From Octopus sinensis (taxonomy: Eukaryota), in assembly GCF_006345805.1 (NCBI RefSeq), contig NC_042997.1:70246001-70310000 (forward strand): 64,000 bases of DNA, given 5' to 3'. Below are positions 13,955 to 27,507 of this stretch, in pieces. Below the pieces are notes generated by a model. The model did no database searches. It saw only the letters and a list, made by a program, of their open reading frames with translations, and had not been told where the DNA came from. The number at the start of each line of letters is the position of its first letter. The stretch's first letter is position 1. Made by a program: the position numbers and the translations under genes.

Positions 13955-14804
13955 ACATAGGGACACATTTACGTGAAGTTATACTTATTACATAAATACA
14001 TGAATACACGGCAACTCAAACAGAAACACAAATATGGATATATAGACAACAATCGCTTGGAGAGTTATACATACATATGCGTATATAATTAAACACTCAG
14101 CAGGTATGATTGTTTGTGAAACATTCGGAGCTTGTTCTATTTAAGTAAGAAAGAAAAATATTTATCTGATAAGAATAGAGAACACTTTCTGTTCATAGTT
14201 GTGTCATTTTACTATAAAAATATTTTCTCAGTAGTTATTACGAATAAGTTCCGTAAAAGTCTTTCATATTCGTATTAGTTTCTGGGGCAAAAAGAATAAA
14301 ATAAGGACTACAATATCTTTCTTTGTTTAGTTGTTTATTTAAATTGTTAGCTGCATTTTTGCAAGCGGAAGTTTATATATTATTTTTTTCTCCACATTGC
14401 GTTGCATCTTATACGAAGAAAAACGTTTAGCTTCTGGGTACATGTATTGAAGCCGGGTGATAGTGTCAGGTTTAGGTTTGTGAAAATGGATTTCTTGCGA
14501 ATGGATTTTTCAGGGTTTAACCTCATGTGAGCTTTGGGCAAGCAGAATCAATGACCACAATCGTTCGATCCATAAGGACCTAGCCTGTTATTTCTTCTCA
14601 CTATTAGCCAAGATTTTTTTTTTTTTTTTGTAAGATCTCATTTCATGGAGATGCAGTTACTATTTTTAAGTTCCTTCGCTTTCCTGAGGACAGAAACGGG
14701 GAATAAAGCATTTTCCCGGAGTAAAGTACAATCACAATTATGCTGTCCATGATTCTATTCGATATTTGCAAATAGTTTCATTTCGTCATGTGCAACATCT
14801 CATA

Positions 14805-15624
14805 CATCATCATCATCATCGTCGTTCTTTAACGTCCGCTTTCCATCCTGACATGGGTTGGACGGTATGACTGAGAACTGGCAAGTTGGGAGGCTACACT
14901 AGGCTTCAATCTGATTTGGTAAGGCTCTTCTTAACGCCAACCACTCCGAGAAAGTAGTAGGTGCCTTTTACGTCCCACCGTCACGGGTGACATTCAGGCG
15001 GCACTGGCTTCAGCCACGCTTGAATGGTTCTTTGACAGGTCTTCACAAGCATGGTATATTGCCCAACGACTAAAGGGTGCTTTTAAATGGGCCTGCTATG
15101 CGACACTGACATCCACCACGGCTACGATCTGACTCGGCTTGTCGGGTCTTCTCAAGCACAGCATATCTGCAAAGGTCTCGGTCGCTTCACTTGTCATTAC
15201 CTCTGTGAGATTCAACGTTCGAAGGTCATTCTTCACCACCTTATCCATGTCATCTTGAGTCTACCTCTTCCACAGGTTCCCTCCACTGTTAGGGTGTGAC
15301 ACTTCTTCACACAAGTGTTCTCATCGATACGCAACACATGACCATAACAGCGCAGTCGTCTCTCTTGCACAGCACATCTGATGCTTCTTCTGTCCAACTT
15401 TTCTCTTAGGGTGCTCACACTCTGTCGTATAAGCACACTGACATTATGCATCCAGCTGAGCATACTAGCTTAATTTCTTTCATGCCTACGCATGTCCTCA
15501 GCAGTTACAGCCCATGTTTCACTGCCGTGTAACATGGCTATTCGCACACAGATATCATAGAGTCTACCTTTCACTCTGAACAATAGGCACTTTGTTACCA
15601 GCAGAGGTAGAAGCTCTCTGAGCT
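14805..15624 (-). mobile_element. RTE-clade LINE 3' fragment
   Basis: RSIRCAVQERRLRCYGHVLRIDE...GTCGRGRLKMTW; (GAT)n tail. Confidence 0.9.
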
Positions 15625-15679
15625 AAAATATTCAGAGTCAGACATATAAAGAGGCACTTGCACACAAAATATATAGAAA

Positions 15680-16941
15680 TATTTGGTCATCAAGTATGAA
15701 ATTTGTAGTAAGGTATGTGGTAAAATTTGACAGCTGCTCATTTTGCGCCATTATTATATTTTGACAATCTTTCTTTCTTTTTCTTTTTTTTGTTAGAAAG
15801 CTGACACAACTATTTCTTCATTCTAACTAATTTTGAGCTTTATAAAGTATTTATAAATCGATTTTTGCAATTTGTGTTTAGAGATAAGTCGGAAATTCGT
15901 ACAGTTTTGAAATATGAGTTCTTTCTTGGAAATACAGCATCACAGACAGCTCGGAGTATTAATGATGTATTTCACTCTAATGTTAAAACACAGCAGATAG
16001 TATCAAATTGGCTTGCAGAATTTCGTTCCGGTAACTTTGACCTTACAAATGAGCAACGCGGTCGACCAGAAACAAAGGTGGATAATGACGAACTGAAAGC
16101 CACCGTCAAGTCAGATCCATCTGAAAGTGCCCAAGAATTATGGTTGTTGTTTGGTGTTAGCAAGTAAACAATATTGACTCACCTAGTTCAAATCGGTAAA
16201 GTGAAAAAGTTGGATGAATGGGTTTCACATGAACTCACTGAAAATCAGAAACAGCAACGTTTGCAAGCCTGCATCATGCTACTTCCTCGTCACAAAAATG
16301 AATAATTTTTTAATCGAATTGTAACATGTGATGAGAAATGGATCGAATACAACAGCAGTAAACGTTCAGCATAATGGTTGGACAATGACGAGCCACCAAA
16401 ACGCAGTACAAAAAGCAAAATTCATCAAAGGAATATGATGGTGTATGTTTGGTAGTCTCGTGCAGGTGTGATCCATCAGGATTTCATTAAACCTGGCTCA
16501 TCAATCGCGGCCGAAGTATACTGCAGTCAACTGGACCAAATGATGCAGAAACTTACAAAAAATAAAAAAAAACAGCCTAGATTAACCAACAGATCCACAA
16601 GTAAACGCTAGACAACACATCACAAAAATAGCATTAGCAAAACTACAGGAGTACTCACCTGATCTTTCCCCACAGACTACTACTTCTTCCAGAATTTGGA
16701 TAACATTTCGATAGGAAGAAAATTTTATTCCGACGATGCTGTAAAACAGGCCTTCCAAGATTTTATTCACTCTAGATTGCCAGGTTTATACATTTCTGGG
16801 GTGGACAAGCTACCACTGAAATGGCAAAAGTGTATTTACAATATGCGTGCATTCTTTGATGAATAAAACTATTCGTTGTATTTATAAAACATTAGCAAAC
16901 TTTTTTTCTTTTCTACAAATTTCATATTTGAGGACCTAATA
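15680..16941 (+). mobile_element. Full-length defective mariner (DD34D) with both TIRs and TA TSD
   Basis: TIRs TATTTGGTCATCAAGTATGAAATTTGTAG / CTACAAATTTCATATTTGAGGACCTAATA; transposase with WVSHELT, IVTCDEKW, YSPDLSPTDYYFF motifs, several stops. Confidence 0.95.
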
Positions 16942-18242
16942 TTTGTTTCCTAGAAAATTATATTGTTACAGTTTTTATATTTCTATTTTAGTTCATTATT
17001 ACTATCTTCAAGTGTATCTCTGAGAACAAATAACGATTCGGAACAAATAACGAAATGAAGGCCCATTGATACAGCAACAACGTATACAAAGTTTTAAAAA
17101 ATATATCGCATAAATATGCAAGGGGTGGAACATAGGTTCTATGCAGAACGTATATAGAGGAAACATGTCTAACACTGATAAGAAATAAAGAATAATTAGG
17201 CAGAAAGATTTGGTTCACCTAGGTTGCGTCAGATTACCCTGCAAATCGACGTATCTGTAACTTCATTTACTGAGTTCTGGTGTCTTAGAAATCGTTTTAT
17301 TCTTTTCTTTTATTTATTTATTTATAAATTTTTTCTATTTTTTTTTCACTTGAATATGGTAAGACAGCGCCAGCGTGCTTGACGTAAGTTTCTTTTAAAA
17401 GGTAGAAATTTAAGGGAAGGTTTTTGTCGATTCGACATATGCCCTAATCTTGGCTCTGCTCTCACTTCTGACATGCTAATGGTCAAACAGTTTTTTGTGG
17501 CCACAGTGTTCCCCAATCTCTGTCTTTGATTTAGCCATGCAGTGGTCTATCTGTATGTATGCATATGCGCATGTATAACTGAATATATGTGCATGTAGAT
17601 GCAACTGATATATATGTATGTGTATGTATATATATATATATATATACAAAGACACAGTGAAGCAGGCTCAACACTGAAGGTAGTAGACAAACCATCCCTC
17701 TTCTCACACACTTGCTCTCCTCCCCACTTTACTGGGCCCTGTAACTAGTTAAATACATCAATGGGTATGTCATCAATGGATATGTCATATATACGTATAT
17801 AAATGCTATTTACCATGAGATTTTATTAATTTCAGTTACTTTTTTTCGTCTTTTTTTCCAGAAAAATGTGGGAACACTTATAATTACTGCTACTGTCTAT
17901 CGGTTTGTGTGTGTATATATGTATATATGTGTATATATATGTACAAATACACACACACGTTTATATATGTATGTATATGTACACACACACAAACATGTTT
18001 CATCTTGTATGCATATACTAATATATATGTGTAATATATACACATGTATATGTATATATACGTATATAGATATTTTTCTTCGCTTTATTTTTCTCCTTCA
18101 TTCCTGTGCTTCTTTCTTGTTTTCTCTCCTTCCTTTGTCCTCTCTCGCCCTCTCTCTCTGTTGGCCAGGCTGAAGCAAAGTGTCTGGAGGAAAATTAAAA
18201 AAAATATGAAAGCTCTTTTAAAGTTACTTTCTCTTAGATAGC

Positions 18243-18285
<43 letters not shown>

Positions 18286-18286
18286 C

Positions 18287-18639
<353 letters not shown>

Positions 18640-20089
18640 ATGTGTGTGTGTGTGTATACGTGCATATATTGCTGTATGTAGTATAGTAGCTTTGTGACGA
18701 TTTTTTTTATCAAAAGAAGTTTATCCAGCTCTCCGGTTAAGATATATATAAAATCATCTCCATACATGCATACACGCACAGACTCTTATTTTTCAGACCT
18801 TGAGTTTGGAGTTTGGTGCGTGTTGTATTTCAGTTTGAGTAAACAGTATTACAGAGTATATGTATACACACACATACAGGCATGGCTTGGGTATATAATA
18901 TTATCAGTACTCCTGTGTATACATCAGTGTTTGTATCTCATGGTGCATATCACCACTCAATAATGATATTGTAGGATATTATGTATTACTGCAATTTGTA
19001 CATTATTTTCTCAAGTCAGAATGATAAAAACAAAGTGATGTCGTTGGGATCAGAACTCCGAACGTAAACATCAAGAGCAAATGCTGCAAAGCCACACATC
19101 CACACACTGACCAGAAGAGAACAGTCGATTAAATTAACTTCAGTTCCTGACAAATGTGAATGCGCTTAGCCAAGTAGTTATGGTGTTGCACTAACTATAA
19201 TCAGGTCGTAGTTTCGATTCCCGGACGGGTTAGCGTGCTCTGTTCTTGAGCAAAACACATTCACGTTGCTCTAGTGCTGTGTGGGGACCAAGTTGTGAAA
19301 GAATAGACCCAACGTCTCCTCCACGTGTCGTAAAAAGCAACTAATAAGCGGACGAAATAGGATTTGCACTCCGATATTTTAAAACCCTCACCAGTAACGA
19401 CTACCCAAACATACCTATCAGTTGGAAGGTTGATGCTTGATTGATGCAAGGATATCATCCACCAAAAGTAGTAGGGAATTGCCAAAAAATGGTGAATGCA
19501 GCGACGCTCTGTAACAGCGCATACCGCCATACTACTACTATTTGACAAAGAATTACTTCATTTTACCGAAACACAAATGACAAATTTAATCTCGACCGGA
19601 TTTGAAAGCCCAAAGGCACAGGAAGACTTCTGCAAAATCTCAGACCTTAGCAGATTCTTAGATGCATACAAGGCTCCCAAAATTAAAGAGGGTCAAAAAT
19701 TTGTTTACAATTACTGTACTCATTTTATCGACTTCGGAACTAAATGAGCGTAGCTGAATACTTTAAGTCAGTTTATACGATGTTCCGCCGGTTTCACAAA
19801 AGCTGTAATAATATTACTAATAATTTCAATGATAGGCAGACGGTGCAAATGTTGGATTCCATCAGCTGTTTTAATGACCTGGGCTAGATGGTTACTCGGG
19901 TAGGTGATTAAACAATGCCTTTCGTCATTTCTCTTACCACGTCTCGTTCGTTTTATATATCTCTGTTTCACTCTTTTCCCGCTCTCTATCTCTCTCTATT
20001 GTGCACATACATTCGCTAAGACGTAGATAACCAGTCTTCTTACACTAGACCTACCGGATATTTCGAGGATGTAACATCTGAAGGAAAAG

Positions 20090-20255
20090 AGAATAGCACC
20101 TGAAATCGACAATCGACTTTCAGCTAAGTAGAATGGAGGAACATGATATGAAGAAAAACACATTCCTCAAAGGAACATAACCATTCTTGGTCCAGAAATC
20201 GAACTAACAAGATTATGATCATGAGCCAAACACCCTAGCCACTACACCACGGACT
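20090..20255 (-). mobile_element. Decayed SINE family 3-like copy
   Basis: Minus-strand GTGTAGTGGCTAGGGTG...GTTCGATTTCTGGACC head. Confidence 0.55.
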
Positions 20256-20892
20256 CTCTCTCTCTCTCTCCATGCACCCTTCCCATCTCTTTCTTTTTCT
20301 ATGTCATTCTCTGTATACATACATACACACACAAATGCATGTATGTATGTACATACGTATTGGTCCCTCGCTAGTCTGAGTCTCACTTGTAAGAGCACAA
20401 TATCTTCGGGTTATTTAGAGTCCAACTGATGGGATTAGCATGACATCTGTACATACATTACTTGTCAAAGGGTATAGCGATGGAGATGGTATTGAGCACT
20501 CTTTTATTTCTGAATGTCAACAGTATACATGTATATGTGTGTGTGTGTGTGTGTGTGTGCACGCGCGCGCGCGTGTGTGTGTGTGTGCATGTGCGCGTGT
20601 GTATAACAAATGAGAGAAACAGATGAAATACAACAGATATATTATTAATCACAACGATCGTTTCAACCTATCTTGCGTCAGTTTGTCGCGGGTGAGTTAC
20701 TATACAAATGGTTATGGTGCATCCTTCGGTGCAGATGTGTCTCGTCAGGTGAGTGATTTTTAAAAGGAGCCTCGCTCAATAAACTCAGTTTCGCTTGGTT
20801 CGATTTTACAACATATCGACATTTGCCGGTAGGTGGCTGCCTACGTGGTTTGGGGAGTGTATATGAGAATGGATTGACACAGGAGAGTTAGT

Positions 20893-20897
20893 TTGAG

Positions 20898-20982
<85 letters not shown>

Positions 20983-21067
20983 TTATTATATTATTATTTT
21001 TATTATTATTTTTATTATTATTATTATTATTATTACTATTTTTATTATTATTATTATTATATTATTA

Positions 21068-21114
<47 letters not shown>

Positions 21115-21155
21115 TATTATTATTATTATTATTATTATCATTATTATTATTATTA

Positions 21156-21199
<44 letters not shown>
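20893..21199. repeat. Long interrupted (ATT)n array
   Basis: Direct reading, ~307 bp. Confidence 0.97.
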
Positions 21200-21780
21200 G
21201 AACTCTGTTCGTGGATTTCAAAGAGGAAAGACGTGTGTTCGTGAGCTGTAAGTCTTTTGTACAATTTTTCAGATAATATTGTTGTATCTGAAACTTTTAA
21301 TGACATTTCTGTGGCCAGGCCGACTGGGCTCTTGCTGAGCTGAGTCGTTAGGCGGGACGTTATCCTGTTTGGGGCGAATTTTCAATTTGAATTCTCCATT
21401 TTTATCATTTTTCAATTTTAAAATTTGCAAAACGTCCTTGGTGAAGAGTCAGGCCTTCCATTCCTTTTGACTTCCCCCTCTGCTGTCGGAAAATAACCAA
21501 AGAAGTTTTAAAGTTAATTATCTCCGCCCTCTCCGTGCCTTAAAAGGCAGAGAGAGGAACGACCAAAGTCTTGCTAGCACGTGCAAAGCTGAGCAACAGA
21601 AGGAATAAGAAGAAAAGAAACTCACGAAAGAAGAGGAAAAACACGCAAATTCAGTTAATGGACGCTGCTAGCGTCGCAACATCTGTGAATCGAAGCCCTC
21701 CCATTACCACCACTAACACGTCGAACACTCGAACAACAACTACAACCCAATGCATTAAACAGCCAGGTTTTGCTTTAATG

Positions 21781-23225
21781 GTAAAGCCTAGAAATGAATT
21801 CATTGATGTTTCTGTAGAATTTCTCAAAGACTAAAGAAACATGTTAAGAAAAAGCGAAAGATGTGTTTCGATAAACGCACCTCCAGATATTATAGACAAT
21901 ACAAACAAACGTACCATAGTGTACAAAACTATATCTTTAAAAAATAGACGCTTAGAAACTGCCACAAAGCAAGCAGTTGAAAAATGCTTGCAAGCCATTT
22001 GTAAAGACATAACATATCTGACGAGGTATAAGAAATATGGCACAATTGAAGTGAGATTTGCTGCAGAACACGGAGCTAAACAGCATTCAGCAGTCCAGCT
22101 GAGAAACTTGTTCTAGTACCAACATACTTGGGGCGGCTCGTCACCAAGATAAAAATACTGGAGATATCACCAGAAATAAATGCTGGATTGTCGCAGCCGT
22201 CCTCCTCGACTTGGAAGATAAAATCAGAACCATCCAAGTCGAGAAACAAGGTAACAACAACTGAATTGGTCAGGAATGATCCAAATAATGGTCCAAATAA
22301 GCCAAGACGTTTTGGAACAAATTCCTGAACAACTCAGCCTTCCAGCTGACAATATGCTGAACGTCACAGTTGAGGGCAGAATGCCAAGATGTTATCAATG
22401 CGGACAGAATAACCACCTGAAAGTCTTCTGCCCACAACTAGAACAGAGGGAGGGCACTACCCCTTTGATACAAGCACTACCCACACCACAAAACTGAAGC
22501 TACCTTAATTACAGAAGCAACCCCACCAAGAGAAAAAAACCAAACGAAAAGAAAGCAGAGGGGGCTCCAGCAAACGCATCACCACCAACAACAACTATAC
22601 CAGTGACAACGCCAACAACAACAGAAGCGCTGATCACAACCATCACACAGCGCCTATAAAAACGCCATCGCATCTCTTGCTAAAAAAAACATTCAGCAAA
22701 TTTCGACCCACTGGAACCATCCCTTCCCGAATCTGACCACCCAGACGTGTCGTGCGGAGAGGCCGATAGAAGTGAGTGGACAGAAATTACACGCACAACA
22801 GTATACCAACAAATAAACAAGCTGTACCCCACAAAAGCATTCAAAATCACCCGAAAACAACATCACATAAACATCCACGCTTCCAACACCTTCACCAACA
22901 CCACCACTAAAAACTCCACAGACACAGTCAATAGTACAAGGCACAACAGGGTCAAGACAGAAAGTAAACGAAAATAACAAAAACACCACAAAACTCACCG
23001 CCATAAACACAGACAACACAAACTTACTATTATACATAAAGAAAAATACAGACATCAAAATGGCAGACTTTGTTTCCCCCACGCATAATGCACTGCTACC
23101 ATACATACAGATACTTTGAACATCGCAACATACATACAGCAATACAAAATCCAAATTTCCACAGGTAGTTGGAGGCTTCAACACGGAAGTGTTCTGGAGT
23201 TTCTACAAATCTTTGATCATGGAGA
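21781..23225 (+). pseudogene. Tx1 ORF1 (gag-like), frameshifted
   Basis: ORF fragments 21841-22116 and 22276-22497 with CYQCGQNNHLKVFC (CX2CX4HX4C). Confidence 0.8.
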
Positions 23226-23269
23226 TCACTACACCCCACTTCTCCTTTTTCTTTTTACCAGTCATTCAA

Positions 23270-24004
23270 ATGCTCATATGTAAAATAGGTTGTATAAATG
23301 TACGTGGCTTGGGGTCATCTTGGAAACAAGGCCACCTATCAACGACCTCAGGTCACGAGGAATAGACGTAATAACCGTTACTGAACCCAGGCTAACCGAA
23401 CTGCGAGCTTTCTTGCGCATTTTCCATGACTACGAGATCTATTCATCTCCGTCTCGGTGGGGAATGGGTGGTGGGGGTACTGCGGTATTGTTTCGGAATG
23501 GTCTGAATATCAAAAAAGATCCGTCTTCTTGGACACAGAAGGTAAGTTGGTGGTTCTGGACGTGAATGGTAGTGACAGTGAGGCCTTCAGACTGGTGGCT
23601 GATTACGCGCCGACAGGTGCAGGACATCCAGAATATTACAGGTGTCTGGAGGTATTCCTGGGTATGTCCCCACCTTTAGTGTTAGAGGGTGATTTCAACG
23701 CCATCATAGCTGCACAAGTGGACTCTGGGGCTAGCCGATAGGAAACGGGGTTGCAAAAGCCTCGCAAACCTGCTAAGACATTTTCAGCTGTCTGACAGAT
23801 ACCGACTGGATTTCTCAAATGTGCCAATGTGGACATGGGCAAACTGTGTCGGAACATTCAGACCGTTTCTAGAGTATTTTGAAGGTCTTTAGATAGGGAG
23901 ATAGGGATAGTATTAGTTGTCCACAAGTTCAAATAGCCTGCTACACAGATCACAAATTGGTGACCTGTAAGATCGACTTAGATATCATACGTAGACAAGG
24001 CCCC
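23270..24004 (+). pseudogene. Tx1 ORF2 APE endonuclease domain, frameshifted
   Basis: MLICKIGCINVRGLG, DVITVTE, GGGGTAVLFR, FRLVADYAP, GDFNAI, TDHKLV motifs. Confidence 0.85.
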
Positions 24005-24705
24005 TCTATAGGCACGGAAGCGCCGTCAGTCGTACCTGTCTGAGATGTATGCAGAGTGATGAAATTGTTCTGCACACTCTCATCCAGTGCTCGAGCATAT
24101 CTGATATATGGGTTTATGTCAAAAACCTGCTGTCACGTGAAGGACGAGTCCGCTTGTCGGCTGATTACATCATGAAGATTACCCCGCCGCCTTCATTTGG
24201 CCGGTAAGGGAAGGCAATTTTCATCTGTCTCGTGGCTGTAAATATGTTGTGTGGTGGTCTAGACTGAAAGGGTTGAAGACAAATAATTTTCTCTTTGGCC
24301 TACCCGTCATCAACTTTTTCAGATACCATCTGAAAAAGAAAGTGAGGGTTGGGAGAGAAGTGCTGACTTCCAGCAATTTTGTTTAAAGGTGGGTGAATGT
24401 GGCGAAGATGATCCGTGTCAATAGGCCTACTTTGACATGTGCTTTTGAGTTTCCAAAGCTGAGAGAGAGAGAGAGAGAGAGAAAGTTGAGTAGAGGGCTC
24501 TTGCCCTAGTGGTCGTGGCGCTTGTGGAATTTTCGTAGGGTCTCCATGAGTAGCCCAGTGTTACTTGTTTCTTTTGGGCACTTTCTTTGTTATATTTTTC
24601 ATTGTTATTGACTTTTTACCCGACGCTTTATGTAACCCCACTTTGTCGTTCATATTTTGTAATGTCAAATCTTATTTTTGTCGGTCCATGTGGCTAATAA
24701 AGAGG

Positions 24706-24742
<37 letters not shown>

Positions 24743-24989
24743 GTATTCAATTTTCTCTGCATGAGCATTTATTATATTTATTTGTAATATGGCAGAAACA
24801 ACAACGAACACTGTGAAAGTGACCGTGCTTCATCAGTAAGCTGCCAATTATAAACATTCGTTCTATTGTAAATATATATATATAATAATATATATATATA
24901 TATATATTTCTATATATATATATATTATATATATACCACATACATACATTTATTGTGAGATACACACATATACACATACATATTTTTCA

Positions 24990-25806
24990 TATAGTGTTAT
25001 TCAAAGAGCTTCAACCTATATATATCATGCAATATTTTAATAAGCAATAGAAAACTCCAGCGAAGTCGCAAGTTTTTACTAACAATGAACTGTTATTTCC
25101 TGTCTTGCAAGTGCTCAATGTGGCCACTACCTGCAGCACGGGCAACATCAATGCAATAAGAGAATTCCTGCCAGACGCATATCAGCATATCATGATCCAC
25201 TGTGTTGATCGCTGTTGTTATTTGATATTTATGGTCATCGTGGTTAGCGATGGAACATAAACCTGACCTTTTAGATATCCCCACAAGAAAAATTCACACA
25301 TAGTAAGGTCTGGGGATCTCAAGCACAAAGAGCAAGGTGATGGGGCCCCTTTTCAACCATGTATTGCTGGGACACTTTTTTATTTAAAAAATTCCGAACC
25401 ATCGGGTGCCAATAGGACGGTTTGGGAGGATATCGAGTACCAGTCTTGGAGCATATCGAGATAGGCTTGTGCTGTAACAGTGTTTCTTTCAAAGAAAAAG
25501 GGATCATAAATCTTGTCCTGAGACGTTCACCTTAGGGGGATCTTTTTCATGCTCAACTGTTTCATGTGCTTGCTCTGTTCCCCAAATACGCACATTGCGA
25601 CGATTGATACGCATCTGGGAGAAAACCCCTTATCGCACTGATATTGCCCGTGCTGTAGGTGGTGGCCACATTGAACACTTGTAAGACAGGAAATAAAAGT
25701 TGATTGTGAGTAAATAGTTGTGACCCAGCTGCAGTTTTCTATTGCTTTTCTTTGATAAAATATTGTGTAATGAAATCGGTTCATTGTTTTTGAATAACCC
25801 TCTATA
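24990..25806. mobile_element. Tc1/mariner-superfamily remnant made of two outward-facing 3' ends
   Basis: Minus strand RSPDLT.CEFFLWGYLK...WQEFSYCIDVARAAGSGHIEHL; plus strand DIARAVGGGHIEHL at ~25655-25685; termini TATAGTGTTATTCAAA / TTTGAATAACCCTCTATA. Confidence 0.75.
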
Positions 25807-26267
25807 TGTACACGAGTCTCATTTCTTTAATGGATGCACAGTTGCATCAATAATTCTACATTCTAAAACACTCCATTTCACACATATTGTCTCATTGTTT
25901 CTTCTACAAAAATTAAAATTACAGTAATTCTCATTCGATGTAAGGTCCGTCTGACCGTTAAAAGGTCACACTGGAAAGTGTTGTCCCACATAAATAAAGT
26001 TTGAAAGGACAAGAAGGTCACGGCTGGAATGCCAACAATCACATGTCATATGGTAGATCAAAGCTGATCTGCGGATAACGACCACTACTCTCATTTGAAC
26101 ATCGGACATTAGTTTAAAAAAAAAAGCAAAACAGCAAAAGACTTAAATAATCCAGGAGGAAATAATGAAGAACATGTACAAAGCAGTGAATATGAATGTA
26201 TTAATTGTAAGGAAAGTGGAAGGGAGAAAAAAGAGAGGAGAGGAAGAAGGAGCGTTAATGAGAAGGA

Positions 26268-26417
26268 GGAGAAGAAGAAGAAGAAGAAGAAGAAGAAGAA
26301 GAAGAAGGAGGAGGAGGAGGAGAAGAAGAAGAAGGAGGAGGAGGAGAAGAAGAAGAAGAAGACGAAGAAGAAGGAGAAGAAGAAGAAGAAGAAGAAGAAG
26401 AAGAAGAAGAAGAGAAG

Positions 26418-26448
<31 letters not shown>

Positions 26449-26460
26449 GAAGGGAGAGTA
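26268..26460. repeat. (GAA)n/(GAG)n polypurine tract
   Basis: Direct reading. Confidence 0.95.
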
Positions 26461-26699
26461 AGTGGAAAGAGTTGGAAAAGGCAAATTATTAACGCTTGAC
26501 TACAGACAGTTGACATTTGTAGCATGAAATTACATAGACATATTAGTCCCTTATTTCATCGGAAAAGGGGCATTGTGGGTGAGGAAACGGTTGGTGGTGT
26601 AGTGGTAATGGTGGTGCTGGTGGTATCGGTACAGAGGAAGATGGGGATGATGGAGTAAGATGGCTGAGGACCTGAGATGGGGTAATTTGTTCACACCCA

Positions 26700-26810
26700 T
26701 GCCAGAACGGGCGGTGACGGCAATCACTGAGCGACCGTGCCATAGACAGAGAGCGGAGCGGTCGACCGAACGACAACCGAGCGACTGATCTGTAAGCTTT
26801 ATAAGTACCG
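26700..26810 (-). promoter_or_regulatory. Candidate core promoter in a CpG-rich unique island
   Basis: Minus-strand TATAAA (26803-26798), Inr-like TCAGTC (26788-26783), repeated GTCG(C/T)TC motifs. TATA-Inr spacing is only 17 nt, which is atypical. Confidence 0.3.
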
Positions 26811-27160
26811 TTTGTAACATCGTGTGTAACGCATGGTTGAAAGAGTAAAGGAGGTTGTTGATGGGAGTGTTTGAGGTCAAATAGGTAGAGTGTGTGTGGG
26901 GTAGCGGTGCGTGTGCATGAGTGTGTGTGTATGTGTGTGTGTAAAACAGTGTGTGTCTGTTGGTCTGGAAACATTTGAAAGAGTGATGGAGTATTGTAGG
27001 AGGGCGGGGATGATGCTCGGTTCAGTGTAAAGAAAATCAATACGTGTGCACATTTTATGCTTGTCTGGGTGGGTCCGAGTATGTATATGCATGTATGTGT
27101 ATCTTTCTATGTGTGTATGTATGAATATATGCATATATGTCTGTATGTTCGTACACACGC

Positions 27161-27192
<32 letters not shown>

Positions 27193-27507
27193 ATGTGTGT
27201 GTACACACATTTTCACATGGAAATTACGTGTAGACACACATGTGCACATACGTGAAGTAAAATATCTTTGTTCGTGTATGTGTGTGTACACATTTATATA
27301 TATATATATATATATATATAATACACACACACACATATGAACATGCACATACAGGCATATATGAACATAGACACTTTATACCCATACATATATACAAAAC
27401 CAAGCAATAACATACACATAATTGCTGTGTGTATGTTCGTAAGGTTAAATCGTGGTGCTTTTAGTAATGACGGTTGGTGCAATATGAGACGTGAAATATA
27501 ATGATCA

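Larger units (their letters stand above)
21200..24705 (+). mobile_element. Tx1/L1-clade LINE retaining both ends but lacking RT (internal deletion at ~24005)
   Basis: 5' UTR, ORF1 with CCHC knuckle, APE endonuclease, then zf-RVT region (LYRHGS...CLRCMQSDEIVLHTLIQC), 3' UTR, AATAAAGAGG and (ATT)n. Confidence 0.88.

Noticed and set aside
22693-23184. 163-aa minus-strand ORF
   Set aside because: Antisense shadow of the A/C-rich Tx1 ORF1 region.
26109-26525. Poly-Arg, poly-Leu and poly-Phe/Ser ORFs
   Set aside because: (GAA)/(GAG) repeat read in different frames.
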